IMG/VR virus record: IMGVR_UViG_2894272399_000002
Span: 1-64,000 of that record
Length of the DNA stretch: 64,000 nucleotides
Direction: 5' to 3' (one strand)
From: a virus
Lineage: Duplodnaviria; Caudoviricetes
Shown: positions 36,722-47,501 of the stretch, one piece after another
How positions within the stretch are numbered: the first letter of the stretch is position 1
Layout: the number at the start of each line of letters is the position of its first letter
Program-made: the position numbers and the translations under genes
The notes under the pieces: model-generated
Told to the model about the DNA's origin: nothing
Seen by the model: only the letters and a program-made list of their open reading frames with translations
The model's database searches: none

Positions 36722-38758
36722 ATGAAAAAAATGCTTTTGTGGCTTGTCCTGATCCTTTCAGGCCTTGCCGGTGAAGTTCAAGGTCAAAACCCGGAGGGAT
36801 ACATCCGGAAGATCCTCAAAGACGGACGTATAATTACTGCCGTACGGGTTGATTCTTACGCTGAAATGCAGGGTCAATGTTTTGTTGGAAGCCCGAAGCA
36901 ATTTGTTGTGGAGACAGATGAGCATTCTGAGGGAAATAATGTATTGTATTACTGGGACGGATATTTGCTTCATACTGGGGGCCCAGGTACGGGTGGCGGT
37001 GGAAGCCAAGGCCCACCGGGGATTCAGGGTATTCAAGGCCCACAAGGGATTCAAGGGTTAAAAGGCGACAAGGGTGATCCAGGGGAACGCGGCCCGCAAG
37101 GGATTCAGGGCCCCACGGGTCTGACAGGAGCGACGGGGCCTGCTGGAATCGCTGGGGCTGCCGGAACAGCTGGGGTGAAAGGGGATAAGGGGGATACGGG
37201 AGCCACGGGGGCTACCGGTCCTACTGGCGCAACCGGACCTGCCAACACGAATGCTTCCGCACTCGAATCCGGAACGGTACCGCTGGCAAGATTGCACTCA
37301 AGTGTACTCACTGAAACCAACGCCTTAGCTCTATCCAATAAAACGATCGATGGGAACAACAATGCTTTGAATGTACTTCAAAGCCAAATTCAAGGCTGGG
37401 CAGCAGCGATGGCTGCAAAAGTCAGCACGACCGGGGACGAGTCAGTAGCAGGCATAAAAACATGGTCGAAAACACAAAGGTTTACCGATACTTGGGCAAA
37501 TAAGCCGCTGATCGTCGGTGTAACAGGCCAGTCTGGCGTAATTGCTTTCGCAAGGGGTTCGGATGGTTCTACACAGGCGCGGTTTGGATATAAGTCTCAG
37601 GGCGAGAATAATATCATTGAAGCGTTTGCACCTGGTGGATCTGGCGCATTTGAAATAAACACGAACGGCGGAACAGGCCTAAAAGTATTTTCGGACGGAA
37701 GGACAGTCGTAGGCCGGGGTATAACCTTAACCAATGATGCTCATTACGATTTTCAATCAAAGGGGCCAACCTACGTGGGCTCTGCATTGAAAGTAGCAGG
37801 TAGTTTTGAAACCAACTCAGACAGTATAAAGGTATTCGCCAATAATGACGCAGCTATTGCTGGAGGGGTGAAGGTTAACCAGTGGTATTATCAGGTACTT
37901 CCTGACGGGGAGTGGGCGCCAAGGATCGCACACGCCGTTAACACTGAACCTATCTTTGGAGAGAAGGCAAGTAGTGGCACAACTCGGATATTTTGGGAGG
38001 GCTCTACGATGGAGCAGTCCTACAAGGCTCAATCTCCTAATTTAGACCACAATATAAGAAGGGCTACCAATAAAACTTCCCCGGTATATAGGTTTGAAAT
38101 AAGGAGATTTGAAAACTGGGCCACAGACTCTGTAAACAATAATACTCAGAATGGGCAGTACAAGGAGCGTACAGAAATGTATCAAGAGGGGGTATCTATC
38201 CCCTTCAATCAGGATGTCTGGGTGTCTTATTCTGTTTACATAGAGCCAGGTGGAGATATATCCTATGGAGGAAACCAGGATTTCTACTGCATGTTGGGGC
38301 AGTGGCATCCTGGCGATGGAGTCCCGAGCGGGGGTCCTTCCTGGGGTATTGAATTACTGGGGCAGGGAAGTCTTAATCTTTTCACAAGAGGTCAGGATAC
38401 ATTGGTCCCCCCATTCTCTGGTGGAAGACCTTGGGCGGTGGACAGAGCCAATATTACCGTATCAAGAGGTGCGTGGCATAATATCGTAGTCCGGGCGAGA
38501 CACAATAAAAGTGTGGGTCAGATTGACTGGTGGGTTGATAACAACCCTACCCCAGTTTATTCGGGAACAAACATTCCGATAGGAAATAATCACACTACAA
38601 TTGGATACTGGAAGTTCGGGATTTATCGGACAACCAATGTGAATGCGTTGGCAGTGAGGTACGCCAACGTGGAAGTAAAAGTCGACGCTACCAACAGTAA
38701 CGCCGTCAATGGCAACACCCTCAAAGGAAGAGTTGCTTCGCCATTACCAATCAATTAA
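36722..38758 (+). CDS. Collagen-like fibre with C-terminal polysaccharide-lyase-like jelly-roll; signal peptide
   Basis: Signal VQG|Q; Gly-X-Y repeats; RFE..ERTE, QWH, RGAWH and YWKFGIYR motifs. Confidence 0.8.
   Translation: MKKMLLWLVLILSGLAGEVQGQNPEGYIRKILKDGRIITAVRVDSYAEMQGQCFVGSPKQFVVETDEHSEGNNVLYYWDGYLLHTGGPGTGGGGSQGPPGIQGIQGPQGIQGLKGDKGDPGERGPQGIQGPTGLTGATGPAGIAGAAGTAGVKGDKGDTGATGATGPTGATGPANTNASALESGTVPLARLHSSVLTETNALALSNKTIDGNNNALNVLQSQIQGWAAAMAAKVSTTGDESVAGIKTWSKTQRFTDTWANKPLIVGVTGQSGVIAFARGSDGSTQARFGYKSQGENNIIEAFAPGGSGAFEINTNGGTGLKVFSDGRTVVGRGITLTNDAHYDFQSKGPTYVGSALKVAGSFETNSDSIKVFANNDAAIAGGVKVNQWYYQVLPDGEWAPRIAHAVNTEPIFGEKASSGTTRIFWEGSTMEQSYKAQSPNLDHNIRRATNKTSPVYRFEIRRFENWATDSVNNNTQNGQYKERTEMYQEGVSIPFNQDVWVSYSVYIEPGGDISYGGNQDFYCMLGQWHPGDGVPSGGPSWGIELLGQGSLNLFTRGQDTLVPPFSGGRPWAVDRANITVSRGAWHNIVVRARHNKSVGQIDWWVDNNPTPVYSGTNIPIGNNHTTIGYWKFGIYRTTNVNALAVRYANVEVKVDATNSNAVNGNTLKGRVASPLPIN
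37001..37243 (+). repeat. 27 Gly-X-Y collagen triplets
   Basis: GSQ GPP GIQ ... GAT GPA in frame. Confidence 0.9.
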
Positions 38759-38770
38759 CCATACACACAC

Positions 38771-39154
38771 ATGAAAAATCTCATTATAGTATTCTCACTA
38801 TTGTTAATGGCGACCGTTTCACAGGCCCAGACAATCCGAAAAGGCTTGGTTACTTCCATTATGGCGGCCGGCCGCATTACAGATGGACAAGAGGTAGTCG
38901 CGGCAGACCTTCCATACTTCAAAAGCCAGGGAGCATTCTTTTCGATTATGATTGTTCCCAAGGACGTGGAAAATGTTAAAGAAATTGAGATTATCAAAGC
39001 GCGGTATTACCAGGGGGAAGCTATTCGTAACATTCCATTGATGGTCAACTCTTGGAATACGGTGATGCTCGTGGAGATCGACGACGACAACGAGGCCTTG
39101 TTCGAAGACTATAATGTTTACGTTGGCTTCGGCGATGATGTGCCAGGCTTGTAA
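38771..39154 (+). CDS. Secreted small protein
   Basis: Signal peptide SQA|Q. Confidence 0.7.
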   Translation: MKNLIIVFSLLLMATVSQAQTIRKGLVTSIMAAGRITDGQEVVAADLPYFKSQGAFFSIMIVPKDVENVKEIEIIKARYYQGEAIRNIPLMVNSWNTVMLVEIDDDNEALFEDYNVYVGFGDDVPGL

Positions 39155-39169
39155 AATACACACTAAAAT

Positions 39170-40981
39170 ATGAAAAAGATACTTCTATTGCTGCTTCTGG
39201 CAGCCAATGTCACACATGGTCAGTTTATTGGGGCACCAAGGAGGGGTTTGTCAACTTCCGGCAGTGGTGGCGGATCTGAAACTGATCCTGTTTTTTCCGC
39301 GTCTCCCGCTGCTGGGATAACGTCGCCAAACATTACAAATTGGCTTTCCGCTTATAGCTGGGGAAATCATGCATCCGCTGGTTATCAAATTACATCAAAC
39401 CTAAGTACTGACTTAACACCCAATGCGAGCAAGTATCCCAATGTTAATGCTGTAAATACCGGCCTTGGGCTAAAGGCGAACCTTGCTGGAGGTGCTACAT
39501 TTTCAGGTACTATTATAATGCCGTCTACTTTCTCCGTTGGGACGGTGTCGGCAACAGAGATATCTTATCTTGATGGCGTTACTACATCGATCCAGGCGAA
39601 TATTGATTCCAGGGCCCCAAACAACCTAAATGGGTATGTGTCTGGCGCTGGAACGGTCACTTCCACCGACACCCCGCTTCAAGGTATACAGAAGCTTAAT
39701 GGTAACGACGCGTTAAAAGCGAATTTAGCCGGTGGCAATACATTTACTGGTACACAGTCTTTTCCCTCGACGACATCGATCGGAAATGTATCTTCTACCG
39801 AAATTGGCTACGTTGATGGAGTAACGTCATCAATTCAAACCCAACTTGATTCAAAGGCATCGGCGAACAATGGAACCTTGACAGGCACGACGACAACAGC
39901 GAACCTTGTGCCTGCATCTAACGGGACCTCCGACTTAGGAACGATATCAACCAGGTATTTAAACGGCTATTTCAACCGTATCAATGCAGGGGGAACACTC
40001 ACGCTTATATCTGCTGGCACGAGCGCTATGCAGTTCAGTAATACTTCAACGACGTCGGGATTATTTGCTCAATTCGCGCCGATTACTAACGAATTGATGT
40101 TGCAATCCCCTGGGACTTCTTTTGGAACCAACTCTGGTCATAGATTTCAAAACTTTGGAACATCCCGGTTTGCGGGTAATGCACTGTTTGAGTCGAATAT
40201 TCAAATGTCGGCGTTGCCTGCCATGGGTACAAAACCCGCAGGTGTTCTGGTTGCAGACGGATCGGGTAACATCAGCAGCCGGACAAATGCCCAGCATTTC
40301 GCTGACATCAATGAAATCCAAAACTTCAAAAGGGTAGCGGGATGGGAAGCCCAGGGTAATGGATCGACCGTAAACTCTGCTGGTCTGGCCGTAACAGCAG
40401 AAGGAACAGCCACGGCTCGAAGTGTGGCAACTACCAACTTTTATACAGGCATGCGTCGCCTGAATTACGTAGGAGCGACGACCGCAAACGCACCAGCAGG
40501 GATACGAGGCAACAACGCACAGTTCCAGGTCGCTCGGGGATTCTCGTTCCGTGCAGTTTTTGGTATTCGAGCGTACAACGCCGGACATAGGTATTATGTA
40601 GGCATGGGCGAGGACGCGGATAATACAGTCGATCCTTCTGCTCTCGTGAACAGGCTCAACATGTACGCAGATCCAGGCGATGTCACATGGAAAATACGTG
40701 GAGCGAATGCGTCACAAGGAACCGCCATCGATCTGGGCGCAAACTTCCCAGTTAACACGTCCGAAACAGATTTTTATGATGTGACCTTCAATTGTGAGCC
40801 AGGCGCGACTACGGCCACCTATTTGGTAAGAAGACTAAACACCGGAGATACCGCATCCGGAACTATCAGCACAGTTCCATCCGCTGTCTTAATCCGTCCG
40901 CAGGTGATCGCTGGTAACGCGGCAACGGGAACAGCCGCAAGTATTGACATTGCGAGGGTGGTGGTTATAACAGAGAATTGA
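39170..40981 (+). CDS. Tail-fibre-like protein with signal peptide
   Basis: Signal THG|Q; ETDPVF..SPA, AYSWGNHA and two KANLAGG.TF.GT...TEI.Y.DGVT.SIQ repeats typical of phage fibres. Confidence 0.8.
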   Translation: MKKILLLLLLAANVTHGQFIGAPRRGLSTSGSGGGSETDPVFSASPAAGITSPNITNWLSAYSWGNHASAGYQITSNLSTDLTPNASKYPNVNAVNTGLGLKANLAGGATFSGTIIMPSTFSVGTVSATEISYLDGVTTSIQANIDSRAPNNLNGYVSGAGTVTSTDTPLQGIQKLNGNDALKANLAGGNTFTGTQSFPSTTSIGNVSSTEIGYVDGVTSSIQTQLDSKASANNGTLTGTTTTANLVPASNGTSDLGTISTRYLNGYFNRINAGGTLTLISAGTSAMQFSNTSTTSGLFAQFAPITNELMLQSPGTSFGTNSGHRFQNFGTSRFAGNALFESNIQMSALPAMGTKPAGVLVADGSGNISSRTNAQHFADINEIQNFKRVAGWEAQGNGSTVNSAGLAVTAEGTATARSVATTNFYTGMRRLNYVGATTANAPAGIRGNNAQFQVARGFSFRAVFGIRAYNAGHRYYVGMGEDADNTVDPSALVNRLNMYADPGDVTWKIRGANASQGTAIDLGANFPVNTSETDFYDVTFNCEPGATTATYLVRRLNTGDTASGTISTVPSAVLIRPQVIAGNAATGTAASIDIARVVVITEN

Positions 40982-40985
40982 TTTC

Positions 40986-41519
40986 ATGAAACAGACGATC
41001 AAAATACACCTCCTCGAATACAACACGGGACAAATTGAAGGACTTCCGGCGAATCCTCGGTTTATCAAGGACGATAAATACGAAAAGCTTAAAATGAGCC
41101 TTCAGGAAGATCCCGAGATGCTTGAATTACGGGAATTGCTGGTTGTGCCTCTGGACAAAATCTTCGTGGTGATCGCAGGAAACATGAGGCTCCGTGCTGC
41201 CAGTGAGCTCGGAATAAAAGAACTACCCTGTAAGGTGATCGCTGCAGGAACTGATCCTGCAACACTTCGTGCGATATCGATCAAAGACAACATCAGCTAT
41301 GGAAACCACGATTGGGATATGCTCGCCAACGAATGGGAGGTTGAAGAACTCGAACATTGGGGGCTGGACATCCCGGATCTTGGAGCCGACGAAGAAGAAG
41401 CACCCAACACTGAAAAGATCCTGTCAAAAAAGCTGATCATCGAGTGTGGCGATCTGAACGAACTTGAAAAACTATACGGCGAATTGCAGGATAGAGGTTT
41501 TGTCTGCTCGCTTAAATAA
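40986..41519 (+). CDS. ParB/Srx N-terminal-like protein
   Basis: NPR.I, VIAGNMRLRA and IKDN motifs; upstream of the terminase genes. Confidence 0.8.
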   Translation: MKQTIKIHLLEYNTGQIEGLPANPRFIKDDKYEKLKMSLQEDPEMLELRELLVVPLDKIFVVIAGNMRLRAASELGIKELPCKVIAAGTDPATLRAISIKDNISYGNHDWDMLANEWEVEELEHWGLDIPDLGADEEEAPNTEKILSKKLIIECGDLNELEKLYGELQDRGFVCSLK

Positions 41520-42161
41520 TTGACCATGACCGACCCACGAAGAAAAGATAAACAGATCGCAGAAGCCAGACGCGTGATCGTCGCCGAGTGCTATAAAAGG
41601 GGCATGACGATCCGGCAAACCTGCGAGGCTGTCATGAAACAAATGAGTTTGGATGGGCCGCCCAGCACCAAAACGATTTTCAACGATCGGGACTTCCTTC
41701 TCAAAGAATGGAAGAAGGAAAGGATTCAAGATGTGGATGACATGCTCCAACTTGAACTAACCCGGATTGACGATATCATCATTGAGCTTTGGGAGGCCTG
41801 GAAAAAGTCAAAAACCGATTACAAATCAAAATTCTCCAAACAAAAAGGCGAACTGCCCGCGGGTGTTTCTCACGATAGGGATATCGATAAGGAGGAAAGG
41901 AAGCGCATTAAAGCAACGTATGCAGAGCGCGGAGAAAGGGAAGAAATTATGTTCGGAGATCCGAGGTATTTATCAGAGATACGCTTCCAGCTCATAGAAA
42001 GAAGAAAGCTTTTGGGGCTATACGCTCCGGAGAAAAAAGAAGTAACAGGAGCGGGAGGAAAAGACCTTCTACCAGAGAGGACACAGGATATCAGCATGCT
42101 TACAGCCGAAGAGAAAGCCATCCTTTTAGACATTGCACGGAAAGTTGATAGAACAAAGTAG
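41520..42161 (+). CDS. Terminase small subunit
   Basis: N-terminal HTH, GDPRYL, ERRKLLGLYAPEK; position. Confidence 0.75.
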   Translation: MTMTDPRRKDKQIAEARRVIVAECYKRGMTIRQTCEAVMKQMSLDGPPSTKTIFNDRDFLLKEWKKERIQDVDDMLQLELTRIDDIIIELWEAWKKSKTDYKSKFSKQKGELPAGVSHDRDIDKEERKRIKATYAERGEREEIMFGDPRYLSEIRFQLIERRKLLGLYAPEKKEVTGAGGKDLLPERTQDISMLTAEEKAILLDIARKVDRTK

Positions 42162-43614
42162 CATATCGTATTACCAACTCCTCGATGATATTGAACGTGA
42201 AGCATGTAGGGATTCTTTTTACGAGTTTTTGCAGTCTTTTTGGGACGTGATCATCAAAGAAACCCCTGTATTCAATTGGCACATTAAATTTCTATGCGAC
42301 GAGCTGCAAGAACTATCTAAAAGCATTGTGAGAAGAGAGGCAAAACCATACGATCTGATTGTAAACATCCCGCCTGGAACGACAAAATCCACGGTGACAA
42401 CGATCATGTGGCCTGCATGGTTATGGACTCAGGATCCGACGATCCGGATTATCACAAATTCCTACTCCATGGACTTGTCGATAGAGCATGCGGTTAAATC
42501 GCGCGATATTCTCACTTCCGAAAAGTTTAAACGCCTTTTTCCTGAAGTAAAGATCCGGAAAGACAAAGGGGCCAAGTCCTCCTATGAGAACACAAACACC
42601 GGCGCCCGTTACACTACATCTACCGGCGGTACGATTACAGGTAAGCATGCGCACATCCTGATCAGTGATGACCCGTTAAATCCAAGCCAGGCCGCATCCG
42701 ACGCAGACAGGAAGGCCGCTAACGAGCACACTAAAACTTTGTCGTCGCGTAAGGTCGATAAAGCCAATACGCCAGTGATTACCATCATGCAGCGACTTCA
42801 TGAGGAAGACGTGACGGGATATCTTCTCAAAAAGAAGGGCGAAAAGATCCGGCATTTGAACCTGCCCGCCGAAGACAGTGAAAAAGTTCTTCCCGCGGAA
42901 GTACGGGCAAAGTATATTTCTGGCTTGCTGGATCCTGTTCGCTTAAACAGGTCGGTTCTGGATGAAGCGCTGACCGATCTTGGATCTATGGGCTATGCCG
43001 GTCAGTACGATCAATCGCCGACTGCGAAAGGCGGGAACATCGTAAAAGCAACCTGGTTCAAATACATGTCCTCCGCCAGCTTTCAGTCGATACGGACACC
43101 ACAGAACCCGGTAGTTTTCTTCATGGACACGGCCTACACGGACAAAGACCAGGACAATGACCCAACTGGCATAATTGCCACATGCAAAATCGGAGCAGAC
43201 TTATACATCACCAAAGCGGCTAAGGTTTACAAAGAATTTCCAGAGCTCATCAAATTCGTCCCGGATTGGGTTCGGGCCAATGGCTACTCCAACCAAAGTA
43301 CATTGCGAATTGAACCGAAAGCGTCGGGGTTGTCGGTTGTTCAGCAACTGAAAAGAACGACCGATATCAACATCACGACAACGCCGACACCGAAGGACGA
43401 TAAGAAAACCAGGCTAACCGCGTCGTCTCCAAAGATCGAATGCGGCCGTGTGATCCTGATAACCGACACATGGAACGAAGACTTCGTTGACGAAATATGC
43501 GGTTTCCCAAACAAAACACACGATGAATACGTGGATTTGATCGCCTACGCGGTTGATTACCATTTGAACACACCCAAGACTCAGTCACACGCTATACACA
43601 ACGCTTTTAGATGA
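42133..43614 (+). CDS. terL: Terminase large subunit
   Basis: NIPPGTTKS, ITGKHAHILISDDP, MQRLHEED, nuclease DTAY and FPN..HDEYVD. Confidence 0.95.
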   Translation: MHGKLIEQSSISYYQLLDDIEREACRDSFYEFLQSFWDVIIKETPVFNWHIKFLCDELQELSKSIVRREAKPYDLIVNIPPGTTKSTVTTIMWPAWLWTQDPTIRIITNSYSMDLSIEHAVKSRDILTSEKFKRLFPEVKIRKDKGAKSSYENTNTGARYTTSTGGTITGKHAHILISDDPLNPSQAASDADRKAANEHTKTLSSRKVDKANTPVITIMQRLHEEDVTGYLLKKKGEKIRHLNLPAEDSEKVLPAEVRAKYISGLLDPVRLNRSVLDEALTDLGSMGYAGQYDQSPTAKGGNIVKATWFKYMSSASFQSIRTPQNPVVFFMDTAYTDKDQDNDPTGIIATCKIGADLYITKAAKVYKEFPELIKFVPDWVRANGYSNQSTLRIEPKASGLSVVQQLKRTTDINITTTPTPKDDKKTRLTASSPKIECGRVILITDTWNEDFVDEICGFPNKTHDEYVDLIAYAVDYHLNTPKTQSHAIHNAFR

Positions 43615-45029
43615 AAAACATCAATGAAATTCTTGCTCAAGGGTCGACTACGGACATCATTGACGAATTAAAAAAGAAAAATATTGTCGTTCCTAAATGG
43701 GAGGAATTGGTCAAGGAATACGAGCCAAAGTTGCATGCTATTATTGCTGACAAGGCAAAGTATCCGGACAAACCGATTTACGACAATAACGACAACATCA
43801 TTAAGACTGAACCAATCACTCGGGTGGCGATTGGCTTACAGAAACTTGCGGTGAAAAGGATGTCTGAGTTTATGTTCACTATCCCGGCAAACCCTATTTG
43901 TGAGGACGCGGACACTGACAAGCAGATTGAAGAGCAGTTCACAGCTTTGAAAAAAGTTTTGAAAAAGAACAAGTGGAAGACGCTCAATAAAAAACGGTGC
44001 AAAATAATCTCTTCGCAGTGCGAGCAGGCCACTTATTGGTATGTCGTTCAGGGCAAGGAGAAGCACAACCTTTATGGGTTCGAAACTACATTCAAACTCA
44101 AATGTGCAGTCTTCTGCCCAGAAAATGGCGACACCTTATTTCCTCTTTTTGATGAAATGGGTGATATGATCGCATTCAGCCGGGAGTTTGCAATTCAGGA
44201 TGGCGACAAGAAAACACAATACTTCGAAACCTGGACAAGTGACAAGTACATTCGATGGAGACAGGAGTCTGGCAGCGAATGGACAGTTGACACACCACCT
44301 ACCGTGATACAAATAGGCAAAATCCCCCTTGTGTACGGGTATCGAAAAAACCCAATCTGGGACGATGCCGACAATGGCAAAGTCTCAGAGATTGAACTGC
44401 TGCTTTCCCGTAATGGTGACATCATTGCCTACCACGCGGCCCCAGTACTTATCATCAAAGGCGAACTTGCCGGTGCGCCGAGCAAGAGCGAAGCGAACAA
44501 AGTGTTCACTACTGATACCGGCGGTGGCGCTGAATACGTATCATGGCAACAGTCGCCCGAATCGGTGAAATTCCAATTCGAAACGCTTCTTCGCATGTAC
44601 TTTACTGAATTGCAGCTACCCGACCTTTCGTTCGAAAACATTAAGGGCCTGGGCGCAGCTTCCGGAGAAGCCCGCAAATGGCTCCTTGCTGATGCTCACT
44701 TAAAGGTTGGTGACGAGTCTGAAATTTACGAGGATATTATTGACCGCGAATACAGCATCATTAAGGCCTACCTCGGTGCAATGAATACGAGGTGGAAGGA
44801 CTCGATCAACGATTTGGAAATCGAGACCGAGATCACACCTTTTATTATTTCCGATGAGAAAACGAAGGTCGAAGTGCTTGTGGCGGCCAACGGAGGCAAG
44901 CCTCTGGTTTCTCAGGAGCGTAGCGTAGAACTGGCTGGCTTCTCTGAAAAACCAGGTGATGATTTCATCAAGATCAAAGCCGAATACGCCGAAGAGAACG
45001 TGAAAGACATCCTCGAACCAACTTTTTAA
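43611..45029 (+). CDS. Portal protein (SPP1-like)
   Basis: IGKIP, PDLSFE and SGEARK motifs; follows terL. Confidence 0.9.
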   Translation: MKNINEILAQGSTTDIIDELKKKNIVVPKWEELVKEYEPKLHAIIADKAKYPDKPIYDNNDNIIKTEPITRVAIGLQKLAVKRMSEFMFTIPANPICEDADTDKQIEEQFTALKKVLKKNKWKTLNKKRCKIISSQCEQATYWYVVQGKEKHNLYGFETTFKLKCAVFCPENGDTLFPLFDEMGDMIAFSREFAIQDGDKKTQYFETWTSDKYIRWRQESGSEWTVDTPPTVIQIGKIPLVYGYRKNPIWDDADNGKVSEIELLLSRNGDIIAYHAAPVLIIKGELAGAPSKSEANKVFTTDTGGGAEYVSWQQSPESVKFQFETLLRMYFTELQLPDLSFENIKGLGAASGEARKWLLADAHLKVGDESEIYEDIIDREYSIIKAYLGAMNTRWKDSINDLEIETEITPFIISDEKTKVEVLVAANGGKPLVSQERSVELAGFSEKPGDDFIKIKAEYAEENVKDILEPTF

Positions 45030-45032
45030 GCC

Positions 45033-45221
45033 ATGGACGATCTCGTATTACAGATAATCAACGCCTGCATCCAGCAAAGAAAAGATTCCGGTCTTACACC
45101 GCATCATGTGACTTTGATCAACCTTGACAGAAGCATAAAAGACTCGCTGAACCGGCTTTATTCTGCCGGTAAAATCAAGGTTGGGGATACAATTAACGAT
45201 AAATACATTGATGTTTTATGA
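45033..45221 (+). CDS. Small hypothetical protein
   Basis: 62 aa, translationally coupled to the kinase gene. Confidence 0.55.
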   Translation: MDDLVLQIINACIQQRKDSGLTPHHVTLINLDRSIKDSLNRLYSAGKIKVGDTINDKYIDVL

Positions 45222-45742
45222 GTGATAAAAAAATAGTGGCAGCTCCTGAATTAAAGAAATTAGAGAATAATCTAAATAGCATCACCGAGTTATGTACAAT
45301 TTCTGGACTTGCGTCGGTCTCCGCTGATCTCATCACGTGCCTTGTTGCCGAAAAGATCGGAAGCGGTTGCTATCGATCCGTTTACGAGTACAACCTAGAT
45401 CCAAAATATGTTATTAAGATCGAGCCATTAAACACTAACTGTAATATCACAGAGTACTTATTGTGGAATGAAATACGCGGATTAACAGGGGATCTTGCAT
45501 GGGTTAAGGACTGGTTCGCCCCAGTGAAATGGATGTCCCCAAACGGACGCGTTCTTGTCATGGAACGTACAAAGCAAAACTACAAAAAGAAGAAGCCAAC
45601 TGAGATTCCTAAGTTCATGTGGGATGTAAAGGAGGATAACTTCGGATGGATTGGCAAAAAATATGTTTGCCACGACTATGGTCAGTTTTACAACTTCATT
45701 CATTACTCGAAGGCAATGCAAAAGGTCGGCAATCGGTGGTAG
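45218..45742 (+). CDS. Minimal protein-kinase-like protein
   Basis: IGSGCYRSVY (Gly loop), VIK, LVMER, DVKEDN (catalytic loop), HDYG. Confidence 0.75.
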   Translation: MSDKKIVAAPELKKLENNLNSITELCTISGLASVSADLITCLVAEKIGSGCYRSVYEYNLDPKYVIKIEPLNTNCNITEYLLWNEIRGLTGDLAWVKDWFAPVKWMSPNGRVLVMERTKQNYKKKKPTEIPKFMWDVKEDNFGWIGKKYVCHDYGQFYNFIHYSKAMQKVGNRW

Positions 45743-45815
45743 CCGTCCGTCTAAGAATAAATGACGTTTATCTAAGCAATGACTTAGATCTCTGTCTAAA
45801 CACACAACACACACT

Positions 45816-47501
45816 ATGCCAAAGTTTTCAGTCGAAGGCTGGGACGGCGAACATTTCAAAAGGACGGAGGTTTTCGCCAAACAGGTTCGGAATATTTACC
45901 TTGCTGCAATCCGGGAAGCAATCCGTATGGGGTTGTCTGTTAATTACGACCCGAGCAAACCGTTCTCGTTCTCCAAATTCCCAGTCTTAAATCAGCGGGT
46001 CAAAAAGCTCTTTGGTGACCTATCCGATAAGATCGAAGCTGTCATAACCGATGGCATCAACTCCGAATGGGAGTTTGCCAACGACAAAAACGACTCGTTT
46101 CTTAATAGTGTCCTGAAAACCGACAAGATGCCTGAGCGGGCGCTGGCCAGGTTAACGGGACGAAACAATGAAGCACTCGTTCAGTTCCAGCAGCGACGGA
46201 CAAACGGACTCGGCTTATCCGACCGGGTATGGAACACGAACCAGCAATTCCGGTCCGAGTTAGAAATGGCCTTGGAGCTTGGCATTGCCGACGGACGATC
46301 AGCTGATCAACTCAGCCGTGATATCCGTTCTTACCTGGAAGACCCAGACAAGCTTTTTCGAAGAATAAGGGAGCGAGAGAACGGGCCGCTGCGATTGTCC
46401 CAACATGCCAAGAATTACAAGCCCGGACGCGGTGTTTACCGAAGCTCGTATAAAAACGCTCTTCGCCTGACTCGTACGGAGATCAATATGGCTTACAGGG
46501 AGTCCGATTTTGCCCGCTGGAAGAACTTTGACTTCGTTGTTGGGATAGAGGTTAGGCGTAGTAATAACCCCTACCCTTGCATTGTTTGCGAGAGTTTAAA
46601 AGGCCGCTACCCAAAAACATTCAAGTTCAGATCCTGGCATCCGCAATGCCGCTGTCATGCCATTTCAATTCTGGCCACGGAGAAGGAGATCAATGAGATG
46701 GAGTTGAAAATGCTCAATGGGGAAGATACTTCGGAATTTGTCAGTAAAAATGAGGTTAGGGAAATGCCCGCCGGACTTACCAGCTGGATTAACGACAATA
46801 AGCAACGACTTCTTTCCTCAGCAAGTCAGCCGTATTTTATACAGGACAACTTTAAAGGCGGGCATCTTTCCGGAGGATTAAAATTAACGTTGCCCGGCGA
46901 TCCAATTGATCCATACATCAAAGCAACCAGATCGAAAGAAAACGTTTTTGCGAGACGATCCACCGATATTGCGAAAGCACTGAGAGTGAAAGTTACTGAC
47001 GTGAACAAGAAATCGATCAGTCGAATTGTGGAGAAAGCGAATGCGGACTACGGCGGCGATATAACCCAAGTTCACGACATCATTAGAAATACCTTTATCT
47101 CATCAACTCTGGTTTCTCCTGAGGATATCCTCGACAAAGTCAATGAAGAATTCCAGGTAATCAAAGTGAAAGAACAATCAGCAAGTAAAGATCCTATGGG
47201 ATATAGCGGGATTCTTGTTCAAGTCCTTTTAGAAAAGAACATTTTTGCAGAAATCCAGATCAATACACCGCAGATGATTTACGCAAAAGAAGCAAATGCA
47301 AAAGAAATTCTCGGGGATGACTTATTCGAGGAAATTCAAGCCGCTTCAGGACTGGAACACGGCCTTGGACATGCTTATTATGAAGAATACCGAACCATTG
47401 ACCAGTCCACAAGTAAAGGGAAAGAATTGGCTCTTAAAGTGATGGACAAATCGAAAAAATACTATGAGAAGCTTCGATCCGCGGCATTAAAATCAAAATG
47501 A
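45816..47501 (+). CDS. MuF/gp7 head protein fused to a RelA/SpoT-type synthetase domain
   Basis: LTRTE..MAY, C..C and WHPQCRC (MuF); KS..R..EK, D..R, GY and EIQINT (RelA/SpoT SYNTH). Confidence 0.85.
   Translation: MPKFSVEGWDGEHFKRTEVFAKQVRNIYLAAIREAIRMGLSVNYDPSKPFSFSKFPVLNQRVKKLFGDLSDKIEAVITDGINSEWEFANDKNDSFLNSVLKTDKMPERALARLTGRNNEALVQFQQRRTNGLGLSDRVWNTNQQFRSELEMALELGIADGRSADQLSRDIRSYLEDPDKLFRRIRERENGPLRLSQHAKNYKPGRGVYRSSYKNALRLTRTEINMAYRESDFARWKNFDFVVGIEVRRSNNPYPCIVCESLKGRYPKTFKFRSWHPQCRCHAISILATEKEINEMELKMLNGEDTSEFVSKNEVREMPAGLTSWINDNKQRLLSSASQPYFIQDNFKGGHLSGGLKLTLPGDPIDPYIKATRSKENVFARRSTDIAKALRVKVTDVNKKSISRIVEKANADYGGDITQVHDIIRNTFISSTLVSPEDILDKVNEEFQVIKVKEQSASKDPMGYSGILVQVLLEKNIFAEIQINTPQMIYAKEANAKEILGDDLFEEIQAASGLEHGLGHAYYEEYRTIDQSTSKGKELALKVMDKSKKYYEKLRSAALKSK

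Noticed and set aside
26314-40981. Type IX secretion C-terminal domains on the exported proteins
   Set aside because: No clear YPNP-type CTD; the Ig-like repeat only loosely resembles one and is mostly internal
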